A model generated the notes under the pieces. It made no database searches and was not told the DNA's origin. It saw only the letters and a program-made list of their open reading frames with translations. Below, one piece after another: positions 37,172 through 46,564 of a stretch of DNA of 55,189 nt. The position numbers and the translations under genes were made by a program. Each line of letters opens with the position of its first letter. Positions within the stretch are counted from its first letter, which is position 1. Source of the DNA: a virus (lineage: Duplodnaviria > Caudoviricetes); IMG/VR virus record IMGVR_UViG_3300025066_002456, positions 1-55,189 of that record; one strand, 5' to 3'.

Positions 37172-39043
37172 CTATTCAACTTCACTATATTTAACACTAG
37201 TGTTATTGCGTCCGTCCATGGTGATGATAGGAAAACGTTTTTTTATAGTTTTTCCTTTGATTCTATTTCTTTCATCATCAAAATCACTCTCAATAGCAGT
37301 AATCATGGTGCCGTCTTCCCTAACAACAGCTTCGGAAGCTTGTTCATTATTGTGCTCAATTCCAGACTTTTCTTTTCTTTGAATTCCGTGCCAATAATTC
37401 ATTCTTTCTTTGTCTCTCTCTACTTGTTCTTTGTATTTTTTCTTAAATGGCTCCCGGGCGGGAGCACTCATACCATTCAATAAGTTGCTCAACAGCGCTT
37501 TCTCTACTTCTTCATAAAACATTTTTCTTTCTTCTACGGCATCTTCTCTAACAAAAGAAGCCCTTAGAAGACCATACGTTAAATCCCCTCTTGCAGAAAA
37601 AATTTGTTTAATGAGACCGGTCAAGCCAAAATTATATTTTAATGAATAATCTACAATAGAAGGTATCAATTTTCTTTGTATCAAAAAGTTTTCAGGAGAT
37701 TCTAATATGCGATTTAAGCTAATAGCATTTCTTATTTTATCTTTCCATTCTAAAAGTTTTGCATACGTGTGGTCAACTTCATAAAACGGAACGCCACCAT
37801 CTGTTAGCCAGTATTCATCATCGATGACACCATAGTCTTCAATTTCCATCTTGGCTTCTTTAGCTATAGTAAATAATTCTGTCCCGGGATATATACCGGC
37901 CACACCAATGTCATCATAGTATATATATTGCATTTCTTGCAATTCTTGCACAAAATCTATTGTCTCATCTATTGTCTCTTCTGACTCACCAGGAAGACCT
38001 GCTATAAGAAAGGTGGTGGTTTTTATACCAGTTTCTGAAAATAATTTTCTGCCATGACGAACAGACTTATGAGTTAATCCCTTTTTCATTAACCTCATTA
38101 CGTGTTCCGAGCCTGATTCTAGACCAAAAAGAACATGCACAAATCCAGCTTCTTTCATCAACATAACAACTTCTCTAGAGATTGGTCGAAAGCGAGCGCT
38201 GCAAATAAAATTTGTTTTGATGCCTCGCTTAATTATTTCTTTGCAAAACTCTATTGTTCTGTCCTTCACAATCATAAAAGCGTCATCATGAATCCACACC
38301 GTGTTGATTGAGGGGTGATTAATTAAAATTTGTTCTACTTCATCGCATATATTGCTAGCAGAGCGACATCTAACTTTACGACGGCTTGCTGCGTCTAGAA
38401 CGCAGAAATTACACTTATACGGGCAGCCGCGGCTAGTAAGAAGGCCGGCAATGTCTTTCCCCTCCCAAATAAAAAGCTCATGCTTGGGAAATGGAAGTAC
38501 ATCGAGATCAGCAATCAGGGCGCGGGCGCCAGTTACTACAACTTCTTCTTTATTTTTATCATAGTAAGCTATGCCTCTGACATCATCGATCGGCAATCCA
38601 TTTTCCCACCTCTCCATAAGCTCGCCTAGTGTTACCTCTCCCTCCCCGACAACACATATGACCTCAGGATAAGCTTCAGCCAGCTGGTGATACATAACAC
38701 TGACGTGCATCCCGCCAATTACAATTTTAGTATCTGGCGAAATTTTCTGAATTAATTTAATTAATTTATAAGCGCCGACGCGGCTGTGAGTCATCATAGA
38801 AATCCCCACCACATCAGGCTTGAACGTTTCTATGTCTCCCTTGAGGGTCTTAAGACATTTCTCCATTGAGACATTGTTTAAGAATTGTGTTTTGATATTG
38901 TAGCCCCTGTCTAGGCTCTCTAGGTAAGAATGTAGATAACCCAATCCTAGTGGATAGTGGCTGTCATGATCATTCTCTATTCTATGATCTTCTTCTATAG
39001 TAGTACAAGTTAATAATATATTCATTTTTCTTACCATCGCCAA
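37172..39043 (-). CDS. Cobalamin-binding radical SAM protein (class B methyltransferase-like)
   Basis: YPLGLGYL, IVIGGMH and VGEGE in the B12 domain; TSRGCPYKCNFC; GLESGS. The start may be 39025 (MNILL). Confidence 0.9.
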   Translation of the reverse strand: MAMVRKMNILLTCTTIEEDHRIENDHDSHYPLGLGYLHSYLESLDRGYNIKTQFLNNVSMEKCLKTLKGDIETFKPDVVGISMMTHSRVGAYKLIKLIQKISPDTKIVIGGMHVSVMYHQLAEAYPEVICVVGEGEVTLGELMERWENGLPIDDVRGIAYYDKNKEEVVVTGARALIADLDVLPFPKHELFIWEGKDIAGLLTSRGCPYKCNFCVLDAASRRKVRCRSASNICDEVEQILINHPSINTVWIHDDAFMIVKDRTIEFCKEIIKRGIKTNFICSARFRPISREVVMLMKEAGFVHVLFGLESGSEHVMRLMKKGLTHKSVRHGRKLFSETGIKTTTFLIAGLPGESEETIDETIDFVQELQEMQYIYYDDIGVAGIYPGTELFTIAKEAKMEIEDYGVIDDEYWLTDGGVPFYEVDHTYAKLLEWKDKIRNAISLNRILESPENFLIQRKLIPSIVDYSLKYNFGLTGLIKQIFSARGDLTYGLLRASFVREDAVEERKMFYEEVEKALLSNLLNGMSAPAREPFKKKYKEQVERDKERMNYWHGIQRKEKSGIEHNNEQASEAVVREDGTMITAIESDFDDERNRIKGKTIKKRFPIITMDGRNNTSVKYSEVE

Positions 39044-39981
39044 TTATCTTTATAATATTCAACAATTTTTATTATTTCCTCATCAAAAGACTTCTTTGGC
39101 CTCCAGCCTAGATTTTTTATTTTTTCGTCATTTAACGCATACCTTACATCTTGACCGATGCGAGAATAAGAGAAGTCTATATGTTCTTTATAGTTTTCTC
39201 TATCTCCATGATATTGCACAATAATCTTTCTAACAGTATCTAGGTTCTGTTGTTCAAAATTACCAGCAACATTATAGACTTCATTAAAAAAACCAGAATT
39301 AATAACAGTTATAACTGCAGCTGTAGTATCATCAACATGTAGCCAGTTTCTATAAGGGGTACCGCCATTATGCAGCCGTATTTTTTTACCTCTCATGAGA
39401 TTTTTTACTGACAATGGAATAAGTTTTTCGGGATATTGCCCGATACCATAATTGTTAGTTGGGCGGAGGATGTTGTAGCGAAGGCCATATGTTCTGGCCC
39501 ATGCTAGTATCAGCATATCTGCTGCAGCTTTTGACGCAGCATATGGGTTACTAGGGTATAAGAGATCTTCTTCTGTGTGTTCGCCATGATTGATATCCCC
39601 ATATACCTCATCTGTGCTAAGATGAAGAAAGGCAGGTCGCGGATTACAATTCTCCTGCTTATGCCGAATAAGTTCTAATAGATTCTTAACTCCTAAAATA
39701 TTGGTATTTATAAAATCATCGCTTGATACAATACTATTTCCAACATGAGATTCAGCTGCATAATTTACTACATAATCACAATCGTAAAGATGTGTGAGGC
39801 TTCTTATATCCTTCCTTTCGAAAGAGAAGTTTTCATAACTACAAAACTCATCAAGCAATTTAGAATTAGCTGCATAAGTCAGCTTGTCAACGCCATAAAC
39901 TTTCCAACCAAGTTTTAAGGCAGCTCTTGTAAAATGTGAGCCCATAAAGCCTAAACATCCGGTTACATATATTAGTTTCAT
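39031..39981 (-). CDS. rfbB: dTDP-glucose 4,6-dehydratase (RmlB/RfbB)
   Basis: TGCLGFMGS, DKLTYAAN, AAESHV, STDEVYG, PYAASKA, NNYGIGQYPEKLIP. Confidence 0.9.
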   Translation of the reverse strand: MKLIYVTGCLGFMGSHFTRAALKLGWKVYGVDKLTYAANSKLLDEFCSYENFSFERKDIRSLTHLYDCDYVVNYAAESHVGNSIVSSDDFINTNILGVKNLLELIRHKQENCNPRPAFLHLSTDEVYGDINHGEHTEEDLLYPSNPYAASKAAADMLILAWARTYGLRYNILRPTNNYGIGQYPEKLIPLSVKNLMRGKKIRLHNGGTPYRNWLHVDDTTAAVITVINSGFFNEVYNVAGNFEQQNLDTVRKIIVQYHGDRENYKEHIDFSYSRIGQDVRYALNDEKIKNLGWRPKKSFDEEIIKIVEYYKDNWRW

Positions 39982-41306
39982 TGTAACTCCTTGAAAAACG
40001 TGTCGACTATTTTTTTAATATAAGAAATTTTTTGTTCAGTCATGCCAATAAATGTTCCCAAAAAGAAAGAGCTAGTAGTTACTAAATGGGCGTTTTTAAA
40101 CGTGTTTCTAAGGTCTGTGTAGTCGTCCCTTAAGTGCATATAGCCTGGATGATACATAATATTACCAGAAAAATAAGATCTAGTTTGAATCTTATTTTTC
40201 TCCAAGAAGGAAACAAAATCATTTCTATTAAATGGCGATTCTTCTTTAATAGTTAACAAAAAAGCAAACCAATTTGGATCAGAGTTCTCTGTTCGCTCCG
40301 GCAAATGAAAATATTTCTCATAAGGCTTGAAAACTTTTAAAAGCTTTCGAAAATTCTCTCGACGGGCTTCATCTAGAACAGGAAGTTTCTTAATCTGCTC
40401 TAGGCCAATAGCAGCTTGTAGTTCTATAGGTTTTAAATTATATCCAATTTCATCAAAAACGTATCTGTGGTCGTAATTAAATTCAGGTAAATCCGGGAGC
40501 CATGGTTGAAGCCTGTCTCCGCATGCAGTATCGGAGACAACGCAGCCGGGCTTTCCAGTATTGCAATAGCATGCGCGGCCCCAGTCTCTAAAACTAGATA
40601 ACGATTTTCTCATTGCGCCTTTGTCTGTCGCGATGAAGCCGCCTTCGCCCAAGGTCATGTGATGTGCCGGAAAAAAAGAACATGTTGAGACGTCGCCAAA
40701 AGATCCCAATTTTTTGTCTCTATAAGTAGAACCTAGAGCGTCACATGCGTCTTCGATAAAGATTAAATTATGATCATCTATAATACTCATCAAGCGATCC
40801 ATATTTGGAGGATTTCCAAGTACATGCGCGAACATTATTCCTTTAATGCCGGGATCTTTTTTCAATATTTTTTCTACTTCATCTAGATCTAGATTTAAAT
40901 CTGGCAATGTCACATCTACAAAGACCGGCTTCAGATTGCATTGAATTAAAGGATTTATAGTAGTAGGAAAGCATACAACAGGAGTTATAAATTTATCTCC
41001 ATCTTTTAGGCCAAAATGAGATTTTACTGCAGTCACGGCCAGCAAATTAGCTGAGCTTCCTGAATTTGTCAAGGATCCATATTTTTTTCCTAAGAATTTC
41101 GGAAATTCTAATTCAAACTCCCGAGACTTCTTACCAAAAATTAACCATTCATCCAAAAGGCTATCAAACGCCGCGGTATACTCTTTTTCATCGAAATGAG
41201 GTCCGGAATAGGAAACCCAGTCTTTTCCTGGTACCCAGGAATCACATGACCTTTTCTCTAGAATATATTTTTTTACTAGATCTAATATCTCTCGTTTTGT
41301 TACCAT
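39978..41306 (-). CDS. rfbH: NDP-4-keto-6-deoxyglucose 3-dehydrase (RfbH/DdhC, E1)
   Basis: NSGSSANLLA, EDACDALG; SFFPAHHMTLGEGG has His in place of the aminotransferase Lys; Fe-S Cys cluster WGRACYC...C...C; DHRYVFDEIGYNLK. Confidence 0.9.
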   Translation of the reverse strand: MVTKREILDLVKKYILEKRSCDSWVPGKDWVSYSGPHFDEKEYTAAFDSLLDEWLIFGKKSREFELEFPKFLGKKYGSLTNSGSSANLLAVTAVKSHFGLKDGDKFITPVVCFPTTINPLIQCNLKPVFVDVTLPDLNLDLDEVEKILKKDPGIKGIMFAHVLGNPPNMDRLMSIIDDHNLIFIEDACDALGSTYRDKKLGSFGDVSTCSFFPAHHMTLGEGGFIATDKGAMRKSLSSFRDWGRACYCNTGKPGCVVSDTACGDRLQPWLPDLPEFNYDHRYVFDEIGYNLKPIELQAAIGLEQIKKLPVLDEARRENFRKLLKVFKPYEKYFHLPERTENSDPNWFAFLLTIKEESPFNRNDFVSFLEKNKIQTRSYFSGNIMYHPGYMHLRDDYTDLRNTFKNAHLVTTSSFFLGTFIGMTEQKISYIKKIVDTFFKELQ

Positions 41307-42091
41307 TTCCCCTCATGCGTTTTTTTAAGAGCCGTAATAGTCTCTTCTAATCTAACAAATATATCGCTGCTAATTATCTTATTCAAATATTCTGTATTCT
41401 GGCCAAAATAATTATCAATACTGGGCTCAAGGATTTTAACACCTGCTTCAGTGATGCATCTTTCTTTTATTATATTAGCTATCTCGTGTAATGTCAAGCT
41501 AGTCCTATAGCTACAATCTACGCTTTTTTTTAAGTTATTGTTATTAATATAATAATCAATTAAAATTAATAAATCTTTCATATGAAAAAAATCCATTTTC
41601 TTGTCTTTGTGGACTATTATCTCCTTTCCACCTAGCGCTCTATTGACACTTGCTTTAATGAATCGTGTGTTGATTTCATTTTCATCAAAAAGACCATAAA
41701 TTTTGATATTATAAAAAGAATCTAAGTCTTCTATAAGTAAGCCAATCGCTTTTTTGCTGATACCATAAAAACTAGTAGGCTTATCTTGAGCGCCTGATCC
41801 AAAATGAATAAACTTACCATATTTAGATTTGTGTCTTAGCAAGTTACAAAACATCTCTAGATTGTCTGAAACGATGCTTTCTGTTTCTTGAATTAAACGA
41901 CTGCCGCCCACAACGGCTGTATGTATAACGACGTCACAGCTAAAGCCTTTAAAGTAGCCATCAACTTGTTCTTTGTTCGACAAGTCACACACAGCTCTAT
42001 TTAGCCTGAATATTTGATGTCCTTTACTTTCTAAGTAATTGCTAACAGAAGAGCCAATATAACCATTTGATCCTGTAATCAATATTTTCAT
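41300..42091 (-). CDS. NAD-dependent NDP-sugar epimerase/reductase (extended SDR)
   Basis: ITGSNGYIGS, FGSGA, YGISK. Confidence 0.85.
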   Translation of the reverse strand: MKILITGSNGYIGSSVSNYLESKGHQIFRLNRAVCDLSNKEQVDGYFKGFSCDVVIHTAVVGGSRLIQETESIVSDNLEMFCNLLRHKSKYGKFIHFGSGAQDKPTSFYGISKKAIGLLIEDLDSFYNIKIYGLFDENEINTRFIKASVNRALGGKEIIVHKDKKMDFFHMKDLLILIDYYINNNNLKKSVDCSYRTSLTLHEIANIIKERCITEAGVKILEPSIDNYFGQNTEYLNKIISSDIFVRLEETITALKKTHEGKW

Positions 42092-42092
42092 T

Positions 42093-42569
42093 TTACCTCT
42101 TGAGATTCAAGTAAGTAGGCATGTTGTTATTTATTAGGTTGTCAAAATTTTTGTCTAGCTCATGCTCTGTTCTAGGATGCATGGTAATGACGTTTTCGAA
42201 ACACTTCATTATTTTTTTGTCGTCTTCTGCCCAATGAGAAAATCCAAGATATCCATAATCTCTATCGCGACCACCGCCAATTAGCTTGACAGGTGTTTTT
42301 TCATGATCAAGATAGTTTCTTATTAATTCGAAAGGACGGTATAACACAAAAGGAGTTATAGAATATACCACTGGTATCTTTCCTTCCATGGCCATTCCTG
42401 TTGCCGCTCCTACCATCAACTGTTCGGACGAACCAAAGTTATAAAAGCGATCGCTATAGTCGATTCTTATGCGATCCCACAGACCATATCCGAGATCACC
42501 CGTTAATAGAATGATATCTTGGTTTACACTCATTTCAGAATGTAGCTTTTGACTAAAGTGTTTTCTCAT
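42093..42569 (-). CDS. Split transketolase, pyrimidine-binding subunit
   Basis: LTGDLGYG, RFYNFGSSEQLMVGAATGMA, YSITPF, RPFELIRN, LGFSHWA. Confidence 0.88.
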   Translation of the reverse strand: MRKHFSQKLHSEMSVNQDIILLTGDLGYGLWDRIRIDYSDRFYNFGSSEQLMVGAATGMAMEGKIPVVYSITPFVLYRPFELIRNYLDHEKTPVKLIGGGRDRDYGYLGFSHWAEDDKKIMKCFENVITMHPRTEHELDKNFDNLINNNMPTYLNLKR

Positions 42570-43200
42570 TTTCTATTAACTTCTTACCTAGTTTATAATC
42601 GCTTTCGCTCATTATGTGATAATGTGCATTTAAACCTTTTAAAAATGGAAAAGCACTCACATCAGTATATACAATGTTGATTGTTGGTAGAAAAACTTTT
42701 AGCCTATCGACCAAATATCTAGTATCTACTGAGCCATATGCTGCGTACCCATTAACATTAACATATACTTTTATATTTTTTAAGTTGTTTTCCCATATGA
42801 ACTTTAATGCCTCCCATATACTACCTTCTGCGCACTCTCCATCACTTATAAGGCAATATACATCCTGGTCTTTGTTTGATAAAGCACGACCGACTGCAAC
42901 TGTTAGTCCCAACCCCAAACTTCCTGTTGAGCAATAAATCTTATCTTCTTCACACAAGTGTGGATGGCCACCATGTTTTGCGAACAATTCTGCTGCATCT
43001 AAATTGCAATATTTTTCTAATACTGCGTATAGTGATAGTGCGCAGTGGCCACAAGACAAAATAAATTTATCTTTTTCTAAGTCCATCTCGGAATAGATTT
43101 CGTCAATGATTTGCAAACTAGAAAAATATGATCCCAGATGAGAAAGCTTGTTTTTATAGGCAATTTCTAAAACTCTTTCTTTTAATTTTACATCTGCCAT
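42553..43200 (-). CDS. Split transketolase, N-terminal ThDP-binding subunit
   Basis: SHLGSYFS, FILSCGH, GHP, STGSLGLGL, SDGECAEGSIWEA...N ThDP motif; the ATG at 43200 has a GGAGG SD. Confidence 0.9.
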   Translation of the reverse strand: MADVKLKERVLEIAYKNKLSHLGSYFSSLQIIDEIYSEMDLEKDKFILSCGHCALSLYAVLEKYCNLDAAELFAKHGGHPHLCEEDKIYCSTGSLGLGLTVAVGRALSNKDQDVYCLISDGECAEGSIWEALKFIWENNLKNIKVYVNVNGYAAYGSVDTRYLVDRLKVFLPTINIVYTDVSAFPFLKGLNAHYHIMSESDYKLGKKLIENEKTL

Positions 43201-43934
43201 TTCTTCCTCCAATAATCTTGTATCATCTGATCATAGTTTTTCCCTTCTCTATGCACATTCCAAGTTGCTTGCTCGGGATGCCATCTATAGTTATAGCCTG
43301 TAAATTTATGGGCTGGCCAAATAAATATATCTTTATCAGCTAGTTGGCAATACAGATCATAGTCTGCGGCGCCACCATAAACTTCTGGCTTAGTAGTCAG
43401 CATATTTTGCTCAAAGAGCTTTCTACTATAAACAACAGTTGGGCTATTAACAGGGCATTTCATTAATAGTAAGTTTTTTAATTCATCCAGTGTTTTGTAA
43501 CTATGACCCAAATGTCCAACTGAGTTTCCATCTGCTTGGACATTATTAATAGGGCTTTGTAAAGCTAGTATCCTATCTCTTGCTGCGTTGATGTACTTCA
43601 TACAATTAGTAATATAATTTTCATTATAATAGTCGTCAGATGCTAGCGTAAAAAAATATTCGCCCTTTGCTAGCTTGAAACCCTTAAAGCGAGCTTCGTC
43701 CCAACAGTTTGGATATATATTTTTTTCTTTTTCTACTCTTAGTTTGTCAGGGTGCTTTTGTCTTATTTCTTCTAGTCTATCTACAGTGTTATCAGCGCTT
43801 TCATTATCAATTGCTATGACTTCAAAATCACTGTAATCCTGACTAATAGCCGACATCACACATTGTTCTATCCAAGCTTCTGCATTGTAACATGGTATTA
43901 TAATAGATATTTTTGGCTTTACAGTTGTAATAAT
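43188..43934 (-). CDS. GT2-family glycosyltransferase; true start lies upstream of the track start and is non-canonical or uncertain
   Basis: The frame extends upstream of 43859 as IIITTVKPKISIIIPCYNAEAWIEQCVMSAISQDY; IDNES, LASDD and ADYDLY motifs. Confidence 0.8.
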   Translation of the reverse strand: MITTVKPKISIIIPCYNAEAWIEQCVMSAISQDYSDFEVIAIDNESADNTVDRLEEIRQKHPDKLRVEKEKNIYPNCWDEARFKGFKLAKGEYFFTLASDDYYNENYITNCMKYINAARDRILALQSPINNVQADGNSVGHLGHSYKTLDELKNLLLMKCPVNSPTVVYSRKLFEQNMLTTKPEVYGGAADYDLYCQLADKDIFIWPAHKFTGYNYRWHPEQATWNVHREGKNYDQMIQDYWRKKWQM

Positions 43935-44815
43935 GATTTAACCCTATTAATGTACGTATGGTTTTTCAGTATATCAAGCCTATTTTGCTCTTTTATAGCT
44001 TTAAGCTCTTCACGGTTTTTTGCTAAAAGAGTTAAAACAGTATGCTTCATCTCCAAAGGAGATGAAACAGTTTGTACTTCAGGAAGTAAATTTGTTACCT
44101 CTTCCACCTTATCTGTCAGCAGTAAGCCGGTGAGCCCTAGAGACTTGAATGTTCGTTCATTGGTATCAAGGCCTAGGACTCTCTGATATGCGTCATGAAT
44201 ATTGAGTGCCACTTTACTATTTGATAAAATTTTATTTTCTTGTTCATGAGATATGTTCTTGTTAATAAAGATACCACACTTTATCTTAGTATCTTTGAAT
44301 TCTTTAAAATAGTCAAGCATTATTTTTCTTTTCTCATTAAAGCCATTATCGGCCCACCCCCCAATAAAACAAATATCAAATTTATATTTTTTATCTTCTA
44401 TTGGTTTATAGTTAATTGAATCGAAAGCCAGAGGAATATATTTTACGTTTCTCCATTTAAAATGAAAATCAGTTACTCTTCCAAAACACCACTGGTGAAC
44501 GTTCTCACTGTTATTTAACTTCTCTATAATTGTGTCCGGACACAAAGAAATAAAATTTGGATGCGCTCCCCATGGCATCGGGAAACGATTAGGCTGGACG
44601 TAAACAAAACTCTTTCTTGAATTCTCTATAGCTTCATAATTTGACTCTCTTATGTTCGAGTCTAAGGCCATTACATAGTAGTCTCCATGTGCTTCTATTT
44701 CTTCTAAATTATCATAAAAAATTGTGTTATAACCTAAAGATTTCCAGGCAGAAGAATAGCCATTATATATCCATTTCCCGGCGCCACTATTATGTCTCTT
44801 AATGTATACTTTCAC
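43919..44815 (-). CDS. Glycosyltransferase, CgeB/Glyco_trans_1_2-like
   Basis: YIPLAFD, DICFIGG, SKVALNIH, NERTFK, HTYINRV. Confidence 0.8.
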   Translation of the reverse strand: MKVYIKRHNSGAGKWIYNGYSSAWKSLGYNTIFYDNLEEIEAHGDYYVMALDSNIRESNYEAIENSRKSFVYVQPNRFPMPWGAHPNFISLCPDTIIEKLNNSENVHQWCFGRVTDFHFKWRNVKYIPLAFDSINYKPIEDKKYKFDICFIGGWADNGFNEKRKIMLDYFKEFKDTKIKCGIFINKNISHEQENKILSNSKVALNIHDAYQRVLGLDTNERTFKSLGLTGLLLTDKVEEVTNLLPEVQTVSSPLEMKHTVLTLLAKNREELKAIKEQNRLDILKNHTYINRVKSLLQL

Positions 44816-45729
44816 AATGATGTTATACTCTCTAAGATGCTTGCAAGCCTTACTTTAGAGTCGTGATCTTTTATAAACCTTCTGTAGCCATTCTGAGTTA
44901 TTTTTTCTATTAATTTAGGCTTCTTAAGCAGAAAATTCACTTTTTTGAGCATTTCATCCGCTGTCTTGAAGGTTATTATTTCTTTGTCTATTTCAAAGTG
45001 GTTCTCAATTCCAGGAGCATATTCTGTAAATAAAAGCGCATTAGCCGCTGGTATTTCTACCATACGCCCCTTCATCTGCAACACCGGTGGTCTAGCGTTA
45101 TAATTCTTACTAAAGTTTATCCCTAATTTAGACTCAGATATTAAGCTTAACATCTCTTCGCGGGGGATACCATGAAAATTTTTGATATCAACGTTGTTGT
45201 TCTTTAAATAATCTATATAATACTTTCGATCGTAATTCATCATGCCACAAAAAGAGATATCAAGCTTTTTAGTATTTTTTTTCGGATATAAGTCTGCATT
45301 TGTATGCCAAAAACCTAAAAGTATATTATTATAGCCTATTTCTTTAAATTTTTCAATGTAATGAACTTCGGGAGTGGAACACACATGAAAAAGGCTGCAA
45401 ACACGACTTGAAAAAGTTTCAAAGCGCCATGCATCATCGCAAAACCAATTAAATGTTTTACAATTTCCTTTTTCAGTTTGTTTTATTATTCCCTCCCATG
45501 GCTCATGAGGTGTGAGGCTAGGATCGCCTGTCATACAACAATAAATTAAGTCTGGCTTGAAGTTGTCTACTATTTTATCAAAGTCTCTTTCTTCAGGATC
45601 AACAGTATCGTAAAAGTATACGTTATGTCCTAATTCTTTTAATGGTACATATAGATTTCCATAAGCACCATCATCCCACTTCTTTTCTCCATTTTGAAGA
45701 GTCTTGTTAACAACTAAGAGTATATTCAT
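44812..45729 (-). CDS. Glycosyltransferase, CgeB/Glyco_trans_1_2-like
   Basis: WFCDDAWR, DISFCG, SKLGINF, KGRMVEIPA, LFTEY, DHDSKVR. Confidence 0.82.
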   Translation of the reverse strand: MNILLVVNKTLQNGEKKWDDGAYGNLYVPLKELGHNVYFYDTVDPEERDFDKIVDNFKPDLIYCCMTGDPSLTPHEPWEGIIKQTEKGNCKTFNWFCDDAWRFETFSSRVCSLFHVCSTPEVHYIEKFKEIGYNNILLGFWHTNADLYPKKNTKKLDISFCGMMNYDRKYYIDYLKNNNVDIKNFHGIPREEMLSLISESKLGINFSKNYNARPPVLQMKGRMVEIPAANALLFTEYAPGIENHFEIDKEIITFKTADEMLKKVNFLLKKPKLIEKITQNGYRRFIKDHDSKVRLASILESITSL

Positions 45730-46562
45730 TCGTATACTCTTTCTATTAAGTCTGTTATTTCTTTATGCTTTTCTCTCATTTTATTAATAAGAGGTCGACC
45801 CTTTAATTTATACCACGACTCCTTGGTGGCGCCGACTAAATTATTTGTTATAACAGCCGTATTCATCATCCGGGCTTCGACGACCACTCTTGATAGGGTC
45901 TCCGGAGTGTCAGGGAGAAAAATTAAATTTTTATTTTTTGACAACAAAAATAGAAAATCATGATAATTTTGTGATGATATAAGCTCATAATCTAAGTCTT
46001 TGTACTCACAATATTTTATAGATTTTACTGTTCCTTTGTGAGGAATTTTAGAATTAATAATACTATATTTGTTTTGCTTATCTCTCTTAGAAAACTTTTC
46101 CATTAAATCTAAGGAATTGTTACTCCATAGATTTCCTCCTGTAGAAACAATATTCTCTAAATTTAAATTTTTCCTTACAATATTAGCGTGGAAACTAGTC
46201 TGACAAAAAACACTTCTAGCATTTTTATAAAAATTTAAATTGATAATTGCTTCTTCTGGAGCTTTGAAGTCTTCATAATCTGCAGGGTTTCTTGATGAGA
46301 GATATTTATGATCATGTTCATAAATAACATATTTGTAGCTTTCAAGGGCAACCCTGCAGTCTTCTGACAAATTTATGAAATTTGCTATTATAAAACAGCT
46401 ATTTTTGTTTTGTCTGAATAAATTTGAAGTTACTTTGTGAGATCTATACTTTAAAACATCATGTCCTCTCTTTTTAAGAAGATTGATTAATATCTCATTA
46501 TGTATTTCACCGCCGCCTAGAATATCCTCTAGAAAAAAATCTGCTATAAAAATTATTTTCAT
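45726..46562 (-). CDS. GT-B (GT4-like) glycosyltransferase
   Basis: GGGE near the N-terminus, YEHD, KG, ETLSRVVVEARMM (E-x7-E-like). Confidence 0.7.
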   Translation of the reverse strand: MKIIFIADFFLEDILGGGEIHNEILINLLKKRGHDVLKYRSHKVTSNLFRQNKNSCFIIANFINLSEDCRVALESYKYVIYEHDHKYLSSRNPADYEDFKAPEEAIINLNFYKNARSVFCQTSFHANIVRKNLNLENIVSTGGNLWSNNSLDLMEKFSKRDKQNKYSIINSKIPHKGTVKSIKYCEYKDLDYELISSQNYHDFLFLLSKNKNLIFLPDTPETLSRVVVEARMMNTAVITNNLVGATKESWYKLKGRPLINKMREKHKEITDLIERVYE

Positions 46563-46564
46563 TA

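Noticed and set aside
39978-41306. DegT/DnrJ sugar aminotransferase
   Set aside because: The catalytic Lys position is His (PAHH) and the Fe-S Cys cluster is present, indicating an RfbH-type dehydrase
42093-43200. Frameshifted transketolase pseudogene or central-carbon auxiliary gene
   Set aside because: Both halves have their own starts and intact motifs, and split transketolases embedded in sugar clusters are a recognised arrangement
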